Origin: a virus
Lineage: Duplodnaviria; Caudoviricetes
Length of the DNA: 64,000 nt
Direction: 5' to 3' (one strand)
IMG/VR virus record: IMGVR_UViG_3300031992_000029
Location: 73,482 to 137,481 of that record
Below are positions 31,557 to 40,913 of the stretch, piece after piece; the first letter of the stretch is position 1; each line of letters opens with the position of its first letter. The notes below the pieces were generated by a model that did not search any database, was not told the DNA's origin, and saw nothing but the letters and a program-made list of their open reading frames with translations. A program made the translations under genes and the position numbers.

Positions 31557-32066
31557 TCAAATATATGTAACCTTGACTCCATACTTCGCATCTTTAGGAT
31601 TAGAATCGTTGTACACACCTGCCAACAGAAGATGATATTGCTCACGATACCATTCCATCTTATCCTTGTATTCGTTTCTCTCCGAAATAATCTTATCGTA
31701 TTTGTGTTCAATTTCATCAGGTAAAGAGCTAGCTGGTTTTGACCACGACCACAAGTTGGGCCAGCCGCCACTCCTGTCAAAGCACTTGCGCTTCCACTCT
31801 CTCACCTTCCTGCCAAGCGAATCACACTCACCTGTAAGACGCTCTACTTCCTTCGTAAGCCTTTTATTTTCGCCCTCAAGACTAGAGACCATCTTATCAT
31901 ACATATCTTTTTGATTTGAGAGCTCAGATACGATCCTGTCAGAATACTCCTCGTCAACCTCATTCAGACATCTAAGAAGCGTCGTACAGAATTCACGCAC
32001 ACTTGCATCTCTGGAACTGCATGCAAGACCTGCAAGTTTTCTTCTCATTTCATCAGTTTTATTCAT
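31557..32066 (-). CDS. Coiled-coil hypothetical protein
   Basis: Heptad pattern. Confidence 0.65.
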   Translation of the reverse strand: MNKTDEMRRKLAGLACSSRDASVREFCTTLLRCLNEVDEEYSDRIVSELSNQKDMYDKMVSSLEGENKRLTKEVERLTGECDSLGRKVREWKRKCFDRSGGWPNLWSWSKPASSLPDEIEHKYDKIISERNEYKDKMEWYREQYHLLLAGVYNDSNPKDAKYGVKVTYI

Positions 32067-32338
32067 GTTAAACTCCCTCCTATTATATATCCAATATCGA
32101 CTAGCTCTATATCCTCATCATCGTCGCACGTCGTAATCCACTTCTCAGCAACCCATGTATTATCGTCATCAATTTCGTAATACCAATTCCTTGTCTGATC
32201 GTCGGACAAGAGACTAACAATTTCTGTAATACGATGTGTGATGGTGTTGTCAATGCGGTTATATAGATATTTACATTTAGGAGGTATACATACAGTGACT
32301 ATATCGCCGACATTAAATTTATTCATATTTACCACCAT
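32063..32338 (-). CDS. KOW/SH3-like protein with acidic tail (dispersed)
   Basis: KFNVGDIV...DEDIELVDIGYII. Confidence 0.75.
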   Translation of the reverse strand: MVVNMNKFNVGDIVTVCIPPKCKYLYNRIDNTITHRITEIVSLLSDDQTRNWYYEIDDDNTWVAEKWITTCDDDEDIELVDIGYIIGGSLT

Positions 32339-32343
32339 AAAAA

Positions 32344-32759
32344 ATCCGGCACATTAGTTTGGACAGAATAAATATCAAACAAAAATCTATGAATTAAAGT
32401 GTAGTATTTAATGGCTACTACTACCGCGAAAATCAAAAGAACATTCTTGTAGCGAAATGACTGATGAATTACGACATTAGTGTATTTGCGAATGATGTAG
32501 TATGTATTAATGTATCGTGATTTACGAAGCGATTTACGGTGAGCGCCCTATGTAGGTCTACGAAACCTAAAAATTTCAGATGGATTTTAAGTCCAACTTT
32601 TCTTGCAAAACTCACAAGCGTTTTGAGACCGCGAACAGCCGGTCTGTCCGGGCAGGAAACTGCCAGTTATGTAAATCAAATACAGATACATACGTATCGT
32701 ATTTTGTTAATTCATTGAAATTTATTTTCTATAAACTCTGTCCAAACCAATGTGCCGGA
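32344..32759 (-). ncRNA. Candidate ~415-nt structured RNA closed by a 23-bp inverted repeat
   Basis: TCCGGCACATT(A/G)GTTTGGACAGA at both ends (22/23), followed by a U-tract on the minus strand; no minus-strand ORF in the track. Confidence 0.6.
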
Positions 32760-32768
32760 CTATTTACA

Positions 32769-33389
32769 TTAAAGCGTCGGCATTCCGAGCTTGAATTCCT
32801 CAACTACATCGTCGAAGCTACTTCCAATATCGAATGGCGGATTATAATCAACAACGGTATTTACCATTGCACTGTCAATGTTTGTAGATACCATATCAGC
32901 TTCCCTCGACATCCTCTTATATGCATCCTTAGCAGCAACTACATCGTAATCGTAGTCGTACACGCATTCAGATTTATAGTAATACGGCGTCTGATTTCCC
33001 TCGTTGTTGATCTTAAACCCACTATCTCTTACCATGGATTTCCTGGGCTTAGCACTGAGCATAAGTCTCATAGCTGCAATAGCGGACTGCCTCGACTTAT
33101 TTACTGCAATAGCTCCATCAATATCGAACTCTGCCGTAGCTTTTGCTTTTGCGATCTTGTCAGACAGCTTAATCTTTTCATCAAGCACATAACAGATAAA
33201 CGAGATCATTGTGTTGTTATCATGGAAAATTCCCCTGTCTACGATCTCTGTCATGTCCTCTTCTACCGGTGCTCTGAGGTGTCTCTTTTCACATTTAAGG
33301 CAATGGTCAAACGTCTGGATGCTTGCGTTTGCTTCGCTTAAAAGTTTGTTGAGAAAGTTCTGGTATCTAAATGCCTCTTTAAGATTCAT
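32769..33389 (-). CDS. Helical protein resembling the DIP1984/DUF6847-like family
   Basis: MNLKEAFRYQN...YDVVAAKDAYKRMSREADMVSTNIDSAMVNTVV pattern; own promoter. Confidence 0.5.
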   Translation of the reverse strand: MNLKEAFRYQNFLNKLLSEANASIQTFDHCLKCEKRHLRAPVEEDMTEIVDRGIFHDNNTMISFICYVLDEKIKLSDKIAKAKATAEFDIDGAIAVNKSRQSAIAAMRLMLSAKPRKSMVRDSGFKINNEGNQTPYYYKSECVYDYDYDVVAAKDAYKRMSREADMVSTNIDSAMVNTVVDYNPPFDIGSSFDDVVEEFKLGMPTL

Positions 33390-33459
33390 TATTCCTCCCT
33401 GTAATGTTTATTATTGTATTGTAATCGTTAAATAAAGTTCCTCGTTTGAGGATAACTGT

Positions 33460-33488
33460 ATTATATCACACTTTGTTTATTTTGTCAA
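33460..33488 (-). promoter_or_regulatory. SigmaA-type promoter
   Basis: TTGACA-17-TATAAT. Confidence 0.85.
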
Positions 33489-33587
33489 CACAAATTTATC
33501 GTTTACGTCATTTATTTTCCCAATTTGTTGTTATGAAATTAAGTTTTTGTTGATATTGAATACCAAAATTACTACTTTTTTAGGATT

Positions 33588-33914
33588 GTATTAGCCGAAT
33601 TCTTTCATATGGTTTGTGTAGTGCAATGCCTGGAAACCGGTACCAGCTTGGAATTTGAGGTAGCTTGGTATGGTCTCTTGTGTGGGTTGATTTCTCTGTG
33701 GTTTTCCTTGTGGTTTACCTGTAGGTGAATCCCTTTTGTGTTTCATTGGGTGGGACCTTCCGTTGGGCTGAGGTGTTTAACTATGCTTTGACTTGCGTCG
33801 CATCAGTGACTGCAGCTCTGTGTGTCAGGTGTCGCCGTCCCCACAATGTGATACTCTTGTTTACAACTAAGAGCGTTGCTAACAAATAACAACAATACAA
33901 TTCAGCTAAAATAC
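33588..33914 (-). ncRNA. Retron-like msr-msd ncRNA copy 1
   Basis: Inverted repeat TTAGCTGAATT / AATTCGGCTAA, G, hairpin, GCTCTT-AGTTGTAAAC-AAGAGT, ATCACATTGTGG. Confidence 0.8.
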
Positions 33915-34168
33915 TTACCTATTCTTTGATTACTCTATATATTACCGCAAGTAGTAATATAAATAATGTCACCAAAACACTACTGTGTATCTGCGACATC
34001 GGAGCTCTTTTGCTTTGACGTTTTCTTGTCCTGCTTGGCTTTCTGTCTCTCTTCCCTCTCAACAGCAAGCTGATGCTCAAGGCGAGCCATAACTCTTCTC
34101 ATTCTTGCAAACTCTGTGTTTCTGCATTTGTGTTTACTCATAAAATCCTCCTATGAATTTGATATTAC

Positions 34169-34429
34169 ACAAGGTAATCCGTAAAGATATTTTGCGTTTG
34201 CACGGAAACGCAAAAGCTCTTTATGCGCAATGCCATGCTTTTGAGTGCATGTCCGTAGGCTGCTACTGCCGGTTCGGTACGCGGTAAGACCATCGGTCGT
34301 CCGCGTTACTCGAACGGGCGTAGCACCTAGGCATGTCACTCAATAAGCGATGAGACGTACCAATTTCGCACTTCTGTTTACAACTAAAAGTAGGTTCTAT
34401 TTATGTAGACCTAATATTCATTACCTTGT
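34169..34429 (-). ncRNA. Retron-like msr-msd ncRNA copy 2
   Basis: Perfect 10-bp inverted repeat ACAAGGTAAT, G, hairpin, ACTTTT-AGTTGTAAAC-AGAAGT, long bulged msd hairpin. Confidence 0.85.
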
Positions 34430-34432
34430 TAA

Positions 34433-34480
34433 TGGTGCGGTTGGGATTCGAACCCGTTAGAACCGCTCCATCGCCGCACC
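34433..34480 (-). ncRNA. Mini tRNA-like element (acceptor plus T arm, ends CCA) directly 5' of ncRNA copy 2
   Basis: GGTGCGG...GGG-TTCGAAT-CCC-AA-CCGCACC-A. Confidence 0.5.
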
Positions 34481-34530
34481 GCGCCACACTTTTAGACCCG
34501 GAATCTATGGTAGTGGCTACCAATATCGGA

Positions 34531-34926
34531 TCATGATATCACATTGGAAATCCTGCGGATAATACCCTTGTCTGGAATGAATTCATCGTATCCATTCTCA
34601 AACTTGAGATATTTTACTCCGACAGGAGAATACTCTTTTGTCCATCCTGTGTCTGCATAGAACTCAATGAAGTCCTGGATATCTTCAATATCGTCCCATG
34701 TTGCAGATCTCATATCTGGATATGAATCAAGATCGAGATTTGAACATGTGAAATGCACAATCCTCTTATCCTTGTAGTCGATCTCGGATTCCACATCTTC
34801 GAAATCAAATCCATATGTATCTCCGGCATTTGTAATAATTTCATATCCGCCTGGCCTGCAGTCGACCTCGTCGTCTTCGATTTTCCTGTCAAAGATTAAT
34901 CCGAACTTCATGCATAATCCGATCAT
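34531..34926 (-). CDS. Hypothetical protein
   Basis: Overlaps the ATPase stop codon. Confidence 0.7.
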   Translation of the reverse strand: MIGLCMKFGLIFDRKIEDDEVDCRPGGYEIITNAGDTYGFDFEDVESEIDYKDKRIVHFTCSNLDLDSYPDMRSATWDDIEDIQDFIEFYADTGWTKEYSPVGVKYLKFENGYDEFIPDKGIIRRISNVIS

Positions 34927-36086
34927 ACGATATACCTCCTCACCTCATCATCACTCCATCTCGGAATTTTCTTAACTGAGATATCAATAACGCTCAGGTC
35001 TTTCATGTCTTTGTCGTCGTCGTAACAGTCGCCTCTACGACCGCTGTTACCATACGAAGACTTGAGAAGAAGTGCGATGCGATCCTTATCCACAGTAAGC
35101 GAGCCATCATCAGAAACGGAAACCGATGTAGACGGTACGCAAATACGAATATAATCCCTTCCGCCCGCTTCATTCGGTTCAGGTGCGATTAATTCTGTGT
35201 TTGTATAATCTGTTTCATCGTAAATATCTACGTTAAACTCGCCGGAATAATTGCTTCCGTCAGAAAGAGTTACAGATGCCTTCAGTCTGATGTCATCTTC
35301 CCTTGTAATGTTCATATCTTCAAGGCATTCTTCAAGGCTATAACCCTGATTGAGCTCGAAGACGAGAGCTCTGAGGATATCATAGTTGATATCAGAGACG
35401 GCAGAGAGCCTGATTACCCCGTCAATCTGTGAATAAAATTCAGGTTTTAATTTATCGGTAAGATACTCTCTGATTTCCTCTACTGAAGGATTTCCAAGGC
35501 TAAAATGATAATGGAATCTGCCGGGCCTATTCTTGAAGTATGTAGAAATCTTGTAGAGTTCGTTACAGGTGATAACGAACATCTTTTTCCCGCTGTCAAT
35601 TCCGTCGAAGAGCGGAAGCAGTTCGTCCTGAATACTCGATCTCTCTCCGTCATCATCGTCTGACCTCCCGTTCGAGAATGTCTTATCGAACTCATCGAAG
35701 ATGACAACAGCCTCCTGGTCGATAGATGAAATAAATCCAGCGATACCGGAGATCGCTCTTGACACAACGATTACAGGATATCCTCTCTTCACGCTTTCAA
35801 CCGCCAACATCTTAGCGAAGAGGGACTTACCGATACCTTTCTTACCAGAAAGAATAATACCGAAGTTCCTATCTGTCGCCTCGAATGACCTGAGCGCCTT
35901 TTCAACCTTCTTGTATCTGTCACCATAGATCTTCTCTTCTTTAACCTCAAGGTCAGTCCTTGAAGAGAGCGAGAATCCTGACATAGGGTTGAATTCCACC
36001 TCGTACGAGCCAGCAGGTAGCTTGTCGTATGTACGAAGTTCGTCGCCGTAAATCTGGTACCTTCCACCAGAGCACACAATGTTCAT
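34923..36086 (-). CDS. AAA+ ATPase
   Basis: GKKGIGKS, VIFDEFDK, ITCN, NRPGRFHY. Confidence 0.9.
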   Translation of the reverse strand: MNIVCSGGRYQIYGDELRTYDKLPAGSYEVEFNPMSGFSLSSRTDLEVKEEKIYGDRYKKVEKALRSFEATDRNFGIILSGKKGIGKSLFAKMLAVESVKRGYPVIVVSRAISGIAGFISSIDQEAVVIFDEFDKTFSNGRSDDDDGERSSIQDELLPLFDGIDSGKKMFVITCNELYKISTYFKNRPGRFHYHFSLGNPSVEEIREYLTDKLKPEFYSQIDGVIRLSAVSDINYDILRALVFELNQGYSLEECLEDMNITREDDIRLKASVTLSDGSNYSGEFNVDIYDETDYTNTELIAPEPNEAGGRDYIRICVPSTSVSVSDDGSLTVDKDRIALLLKSSYGNSGRRGDCYDDDKDMKDLSVIDISVKKIPRWSDDEVRRYIV

Positions 36087-36124
36087 AAATTTCCTCCTAT
36101 AGTGTATTGTTTTTTTTGGGATAC

Positions 36125-36416
36125 AACAAGGTAATCCATAAAGTCGATAGTGTTTAAAGAGACTTTATGCGCCATGCCTCTGTGTCGTAATAAACCATCC
36201 TTACTGCATGTAAATAACTCGTCCTGGTCCGAGGAAATTTTTCTAGAGGTCGACCGGAGGGAGGCTTCGAGGAAAAATTTCTAAGGACTCGGACGGTTAT
36301 TTACTGCAAGTAAGTGTTGGTTATTACGATACGAAGGACGCATCACAATTTCATACTCCTGTTTACAACTAGAAGCGGGTGTAAATATGTATAACCCAAT
36401 TTACATTAGCCTTGTT
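36125..36416 (-). ncRNA. Retron-like msr-msd ncRNA copy 3
   Basis: Inverted repeat AACAAGG(C)TAAT, G, hairpin, GCTTCT-AGTTGTAAAC-AGGAGT, long bulged msd hairpin. Confidence 0.85.
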
Positions 36417-36436
36417 TTATATTTTGATTTTTACAG

Positions 36437-36679
36437 TTACCAACAATGATTGAAGCTGAGATTAAATGCTTCGTCTCCTGTTTTGAATGCTTGATTTATT
36501 TTACCTAACGTTATATTTGCGTCTTGCGTTGTTTTAAAACGTTTTATGGGCATCCCTTTGTATATTCCGTTGAAATACCCAAAAGCCACTATGTCATATC
36601 CAACGTCGCCTAGGTCTGGACATATCTTGAACTTATAATCTTCATACTCTAATGCTCCTTTATCATAATAAACTATCAT
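36437..36679 (-). CDS. Hypothetical protein
   Basis: RBS directly after ncRNA copy 4. Confidence 0.65.
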   Translation of the reverse strand: MIVYYDKGALEYEDYKFKICPDLGDVGYDIVAFGYFNGIYKGMPIKRFKTTQDANITLGKINQAFKTGDEAFNLSFNHCW

Positions 36680-36694
36680 TAATTACCTCCTAAG

Positions 36695-36970
36695 AAACAT
36701 AGCAATCCGTAAGGTCATGAGGTCCTCCACCGAATAACCTTATGCGCCATGCAGGTAGTGGAGCTCCTCCTGATCTGCTGCATCGCCCTGACGGGTTCGT
36801 CGTGATGAGAGTTCGGGTGATAGCCCGAATCTCTGAACGACGATCCGTCGTTGGCGTGCAGCAAATTCGGAGGCGGTCCGCTACGAAATTTGCATAAACA
36901 ATTTCATACTCCTGTTCACAACTAAGAGCAGGTTTAGATATGTATAAACCTAATATTCATTGCCATGTTT
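36695..36970 (-). ncRNA. Retron-like msr-msd ncRNA copy 4
   Basis: Inverted repeat AAACATRGCAAT, G, hairpin, GCTCTT-AGTTGTGAAC-AGGAGT, long bulged msd hairpin. Confidence 0.85.
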
Positions 36971-36979
36971 TGTAATCGA

Positions 36980-37396
36980 TTACATGTTGATAGCCGTCAT
37001 AACTTTGTCAGTCGCACGATCAATAATTCTTAAATAGTCACCACCCATTTCATCGATGATTTCAGTTACCAATGTTCTAGGATCGTCATCAGCAAATAGT
37101 TCTGTATCGTAGTTAGAATCGACATCGTCGTATGTAACGAAGTCAGACATGTTCATCTCTATTTCAACATCGACATCGTCTCTGATAAGTTCCCAGACGG
37201 AGTCTCTATCCATTTCCGGCACCGCCCTAGCTAACATTACATAACACTGCACATCTGAAAAATATTCCTCTAAATATCTTATAAAGCACGGAATATCAAC
37301 AGAAAAATATCTGTCGCCGTTATACTTGACTATCATTCTTTTTCTCCTTAAACACGAAATCAAAAGCCATTTTAGCTCCAATGAAAAGAGCAACAA
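36980..37396 (-). CDS. Acidic hypothetical protein (start probably MIVKY)
   Basis: ORF track. Confidence 0.6.
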   Translation of the reverse strand: MLLFSLELKWLLISCLRRKRMIVKYNGDRYFSVDIPCFIRYLEEYFSDVQCYVMLARAVPEMDRDSVWELIRDDVDVEIEMNMSDFVTYDDVDSNYDTELFADDDPRTLVTEIIDEMGGDYLRIIDRATDKVMTAINM

Positions 37397-37619
37397 TTAG
37401 TTCATAAACGAATACATAGAACGTAACGTATGCAAACACAATCGTTATTATTCGCGCTCCTGTCTTTGAGTAGCCCGTCTCCCTTGCATCGTTGTATACC
37501 TTCGTATATGGAAAGAAGAATACATTTATACTATTGTCTGTATTTATTCCCATAAGCGCCCATAAGATAGCTGAAAGGAAAATCCTTATTGTATTAATAG
37601 CTACGATATATCCAAACAT
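37320..37619 (-). CDS. Small membrane protein
   Basis: Two hydrophobic segments, RBS. Confidence 0.6.
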   Translation of the reverse strand: MFGYIVAINTIRIFLSAILWALMGINTDNSINVFFFPYTKVYNDARETGYSKTGARIITIVFAYVTFYVFVYELIVALFIGAKMAFDFVFKEKKNDSQV

Positions 37620-37691
37620 TATTACTACTCCTTGTATTGTTTATTTTTATATTGATATTATAATAAATAAATCCTCTTCAAGGATTAACGT

Positions 37692-37720
37692 ATTATAACA
37701 TACTTTACTTGTTTTGTCAA
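37692..37720 (-). promoter_or_regulatory. SigmaA-type promoter driving the region with ncRNA copies 1-4
   Basis: TTGACA-17-TATAAT. Confidence 0.85.
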
Positions 37721-37736
37721 CACAATTCTATACGCC

Positions 37737-38105
37737 CTATAGTTCCCAGAAATACTTGTTGAATAATTTCATAAACTCTTCTTTATGGAAATCTACAAGA
37801 CGTTGAACACGCAACCAATCACTCATAGTTAGAAGGCAATGATCTATATCTCCAAAAAGTTCCTTGCGTGCCGCGTCCTCGTCAATCATCCGAAGATGTT
37901 CAAGCATATCAATGAGTGCGTTTTCCCACTCTTCTTCTGTCATGCCGTCTGGATAATATCTAATATTCTTCAGCCGCCACCTTATCATCTTATCCATCGT
38001 TTCTTTAAACCAGAAACTGATGTTTAATACGTCAAGCTCGCCAAAGCCACGAAATGCCCTCTCTAAGGCATTTTTAATTTCACACAGGTGAATACTCATC
38101 TTCAT
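37737..38105 (-). CDS. Hypothetical phage protein
   Basis: YP..MTEEEW...LF.KYFWEL pattern. Confidence 0.65.
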   Translation of the reverse strand: MKMSIHLCEIKNALERAFRGFGELDVLNISFWFKETMDKMIRWRLKNIRYYPDGMTEEEWENALIDMLEHLRMIDEDAARKELFGDIDHCLLTMSDWLRVQRLVDFHKEEFMKLFNKYFWEL

Positions 38106-38158
38106 AATAAAAACCTCCTACAGCGCCAAAATGACGCCAAATTTGACCATCTGTGGTG

Positions 38159-38473
38159 TTACCACAAGCAATTAATATCGTCCGGTTTTATTTCGTCGTC
38201 TTCATGACTATACGGAACGAGCCATTCTCCGTGAAATACCCAGTCTCTATTGCTAGAGTCGTATGATTCACGGTTTTCAAACTTAACAAAATATACACGT
38301 ACACCATCAGCGTCGCTGCCAGTATCTTTGATAATCCCGCTCTTTTGAATGAGCACGTTCATACTCGGATTCCAGTATATCCCTTCTGTGTACTCTTGTC
38401 CGTTCGGGCCAACAACTAATACCTCGTCGCCGACCTTATAATTAATATTATAATCCACAATTGCTCCTCTCAT
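38159..38473 (-). CDS. KOW/SH3-like array protein
   Basis: YKVGDEV...DDEIKPDDINCLW. Confidence 0.8.
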   Translation of the reverse strand: MRGAIVDYNINYKVGDEVLVVGPNGQEYTEGIYWNPSMNVLIQKSGIIKDTGSDADGVRVYFVKFENRESYDSSNRDWVFHGEWLVPYSHEDDEIKPDDINCLW

Positions 38474-38492
38474 TGATTATAAAACTACACTT

Positions 38493-38774
38493 TTATAGTA
38501 GTTCAGACATATCGACTACATCTATGTCTTCATCCACGTCCAAATAGCCGCTTATAGACATCATATGTGGTTCAGGAACCCACGCAATCCTATCAGTAAA
38601 TTTACCATCAAGTACTCTAATAAGATAGTCAGTAATAAAATAGTTGTATTCCTGTACATCTTCGATTATCGCATCTGTAAAATCATCTAAAACCCCTGAA
38701 CCTAAACGGTTTTCAATATGAACACCTGGTTTTAGCGCTACTATTTCCCCGACTTTATATTTTGCTTTCATCAA
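38493..38774 (-). CDS. KOW/SH3-like array protein
   Basis: KYKVGEIV...EDIDVVDMSELL. Confidence 0.8.
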   Translation of the reverse strand: MMKAKYKVGEIVALKPGVHIENRLGSGVLDDFTDAIIEDVQEYNYFITDYLIRVLDGKFTDRIAWVPEPHMMSISGYLDVDEDIDVVDMSELL

Positions 38775-38789
38775 TCGGCTCCTTTCGTG

Positions 38790-39023
38790 TCATAAAAGAA
38801 GATCAATATCTTCAGGCGTTATATTTTCGTCTTCAAAGATATCTCTAAGTAGGTTTTCGTTACATAGCCAATTACCAGAATCGTCATCGAAAGAAATCCA
38901 ATAGATTGGATATATACTGTGCAGCGTGTCAATACTAACGATCGTACATCTCCTGCCATGAAACCTTGCATTGTCTCCGACGAAGACCGCACAATCGCCA
39001 GGTTTATACTTATTATTTGGCAT
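38790..39023 (-). CDS. KOW/SH3-like array protein
   Basis: KYKPGD...ENITPEDIDLLL. Confidence 0.8.
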   Translation of the reverse strand: MPNNKYKPGDCAVFVGDNARFHGRRCTIVSIDTLHSIYPIYWISFDDDSGNWLCNENLLRDIFEDENITPEDIDLLL

Positions 39024-39033
39024 GTAAAGTCTA

Positions 39034-39324
39034 TTATCCAAGTAAAACCTCAATTCCCTCAGCGCATATATCGTCTTCTTCGTAAAACTTATCTGCATAT
39101 CCTGCGATATAATTCTCATCATAACAGACATAGTATAAACCGTTATCTTTATCAAAGCCACTTAAAAACAGATCGATGAGATAATCAGGCGCGAATGCGT
39201 TAAACTCAATCACGTCTGTTATTATTCCGGTAGTGTTATCGTCAGCACGCCTTCCGTCTTCCCCGATGGTAGTACCTGGTTTTATTTTGATGATATCACC
39301 AACCTTATATTTTGCTTTTCTCAT
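39034..39324 (-). CDS. KOW/SH3-like array protein
   Basis: KYKVGDII...DDICAEGIEVLLG. Confidence 0.8.
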   Translation of the reverse strand: MRKAKYKVGDIIKIKPGTTIGEDGRRADDNTTGIITDVIEFNAFAPDYLIDLFLSGFDKDNGLYYVCYDENYIAGYADKFYEEDDICAEGIEVLLG

Positions 39325-39345
39325 ATTAACTAACACCCTCCACAT

Positions 39346-39642
39346 TCAAAGAAGAAAACAAATTTCCTCTGCATGTATATCCTCTTCTTTATAAAATTTA
39401 TCTGCATATCCAACGATATAGCGTTCGTCAAAGTATTGATAATACGAATCACAATCGACTTCGAGAGGACCATTTAGAGATAGATCAATGCCATAGTCAG
39501 GGTCAAGTGTAGAACAATTGTATTCAAATACATCTGTTATTACACCAAAAGTATTATCGTCAGACTTCTTTTTGTACTTGCTAATGGAAACACCTTGTCT
39601 TATTTGAACAACATCACCGACTTTATATTTTGCTTTTCCCAT
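39346..39642 (-). CDS. KOW/SH3-like array protein
   Basis: KYKVGDVV...EDIHAEEICFLL. Confidence 0.8.
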   Translation of the reverse strand: MGKAKYKVGDVVQIRQGVSISKYKKKSDDNTFGVITDVFEYNCSTLDPDYGIDLSLNGPLEVDCDSYYQYFDERYIVGYADKFYKEEDIHAEEICFLL

Positions 39643-39643
39643 A

Positions 39644-40033
39644 TTATCTGTGCCCCTCGCATTCAAAAAGAAAATTTATTTCCTCAGTGCAGATATCATC
39701 ATCGTTAAAAAACCTACCTCTACGCTCGGCAATATCATCCTGGTTGAAACGACGGTAATATAAAGATCTGTTATCTTCATCGCTAAGAAATAAATCAACA
39801 TAATATTCAGTGTAATTAAATTTACTGTATTCCTTTACTTCAACTACTACTCCTCTTGTATTACATCCGGCCTTCTTCCCGAGACGACCAATAGTCCTAC
39901 CTCGTTTTATTCTAACGATATCACCCACCTCGTATTTTATCATTTTACGCTTAGCCTTCCTTTCATACCGAGCGATATCACCGAATACACGTTTTGTTAT
40001 TGTTTCATAGTCCATTTCCCACCTCATCAGCAT
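39644..40033 (-). CDS. KOW/SH3-like array protein
   Basis: KYEVGDIV...DDICTEEINFLF. Confidence 0.8.
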   Translation of the reverse strand: MLMRWEMDYETITKRVFGDIARYERKAKRKMIKYEVGDIVRIKRGRTIGRLGKKAGCNTRGVVVEVKEYSKFNYTEYYVDLFLSDEDNRSLYYRRFNQDDIAERRGRFFNDDDICTEEINFLFECEGHR

Positions 40034-40284
40034 AAGATATAAGACATATCTTCTGTCTGGAAATCATCTTCCTCGAAAAACGGTTCTATATCTGTGTCAA
40101 CTCTAACATACCAGCCTTCTACCTTTCCATCAAAGTTAAACACTACATAGTCGTGATCATATAAGACACCAACAACAGTACGCCCATCTTTCATAGCTCT
40201 TTTTATATTGCTTGAAAAATCGGACAGGAACTCCATCCCGTCCTGCGTAAGAACAACCTTATCGTCATTTTTAAACACTGACAC
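40027..40284 (-). CDS. KOW/SH3-like array protein
   Basis: FKNDDKVV...DDFQTEDMSYILC. Confidence 0.8.
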   Translation of the reverse strand: MSVFKNDDKVVLTQDGMEFLSDFSSNIKRAMKDGRTVVGVLYDHDYVVFNFDGKVEGWYVRVDTDIEPFFEEDDFQTEDMSYILC

Positions 40285-40290
40285 CCCTTT

Positions 40291-40581
40291 CTATCCCGTT
40301 ATATCAAACAGAAATTCTATATTTTCAACATCAAAATCATCATGCTCATCCTCGAATCTAATCGGTGCCAACCACTCATCAACAAACCATAACGATTGCA
40401 AGTAGATATCGTCGTCTTCAAGTATGTATACAGTTCCCATGTAATATGGAACTGAGGTGCTAGCTATGACAGCTTCGTGTCCAATATATTCATCCATGAG
40501 ATCAGCAAGCCACGGCACTCCTCTTATAACTTCGTCACTCTTCTTAGGTCCAATAATCCGAACCTTTGTTCCAATCATCAT
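40291..40581 (-). CDS. KOW/SH3-like array protein
   Basis: IGTKVRI...DDFDVENIEFLF. Confidence 0.8.
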   Translation of the reverse strand: MMIGTKVRIIGPKKSDEVIRGVPWLADLMDEYIGHEAVIASTSVPYYMGTVYILEDDDIYLQSLWFVDEWLAPIRFEDEHDDFDVENIEFLFDITG

Positions 40582-40853
40582 AAAGCACCTCCAAGAAGCT
40601 CACTAATAATGGTGTCTGTTGAAACGCCTTCGTCATATTCTTCGTCTGTGCTACTGTTCATCACCGATAATTCTTCTTCGTAAAAATATAACGGCACTAG
40701 AAATTTCCTGTTATGAAACTTCACAGCATAAAGAGTATCAGCGTGTTCAAACTTATGTATCCCGCTTATAACCCCAGCCTCACCGATAAGTTGCCTTCTC
40801 GTGTTAGCACCGAAGACTCTTTCGTTAATAATCACTTCAGTTCCTACTTCCAT
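40578..40853 (-). CDS. KOW/SH3-like array protein
   Basis: EVGTEVII...acidic tail ISELLGGAL. Confidence 0.75.
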   Translation of the reverse strand: MEVGTEVIINERVFGANTRRQLIGEAGVISGIHKFEHADTLYAVKFHNRKFLVPLYFYEEELSVMNSSTDEEYDEGVSTDTIISELLGGAL

Positions 40854-40886
40854 TTTTATTACCTCCAACAATAAATATAACCGTAG

Positions 40887-40913
40887 AAAAGCACCCCGTT
40901 CCCACCGGGGTGC
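40887..40913 (-). terminator. Intrinsic terminator
   Basis: GCACCCCG-loop-CGGGGTGC followed by TTTT. Confidence 0.7.
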
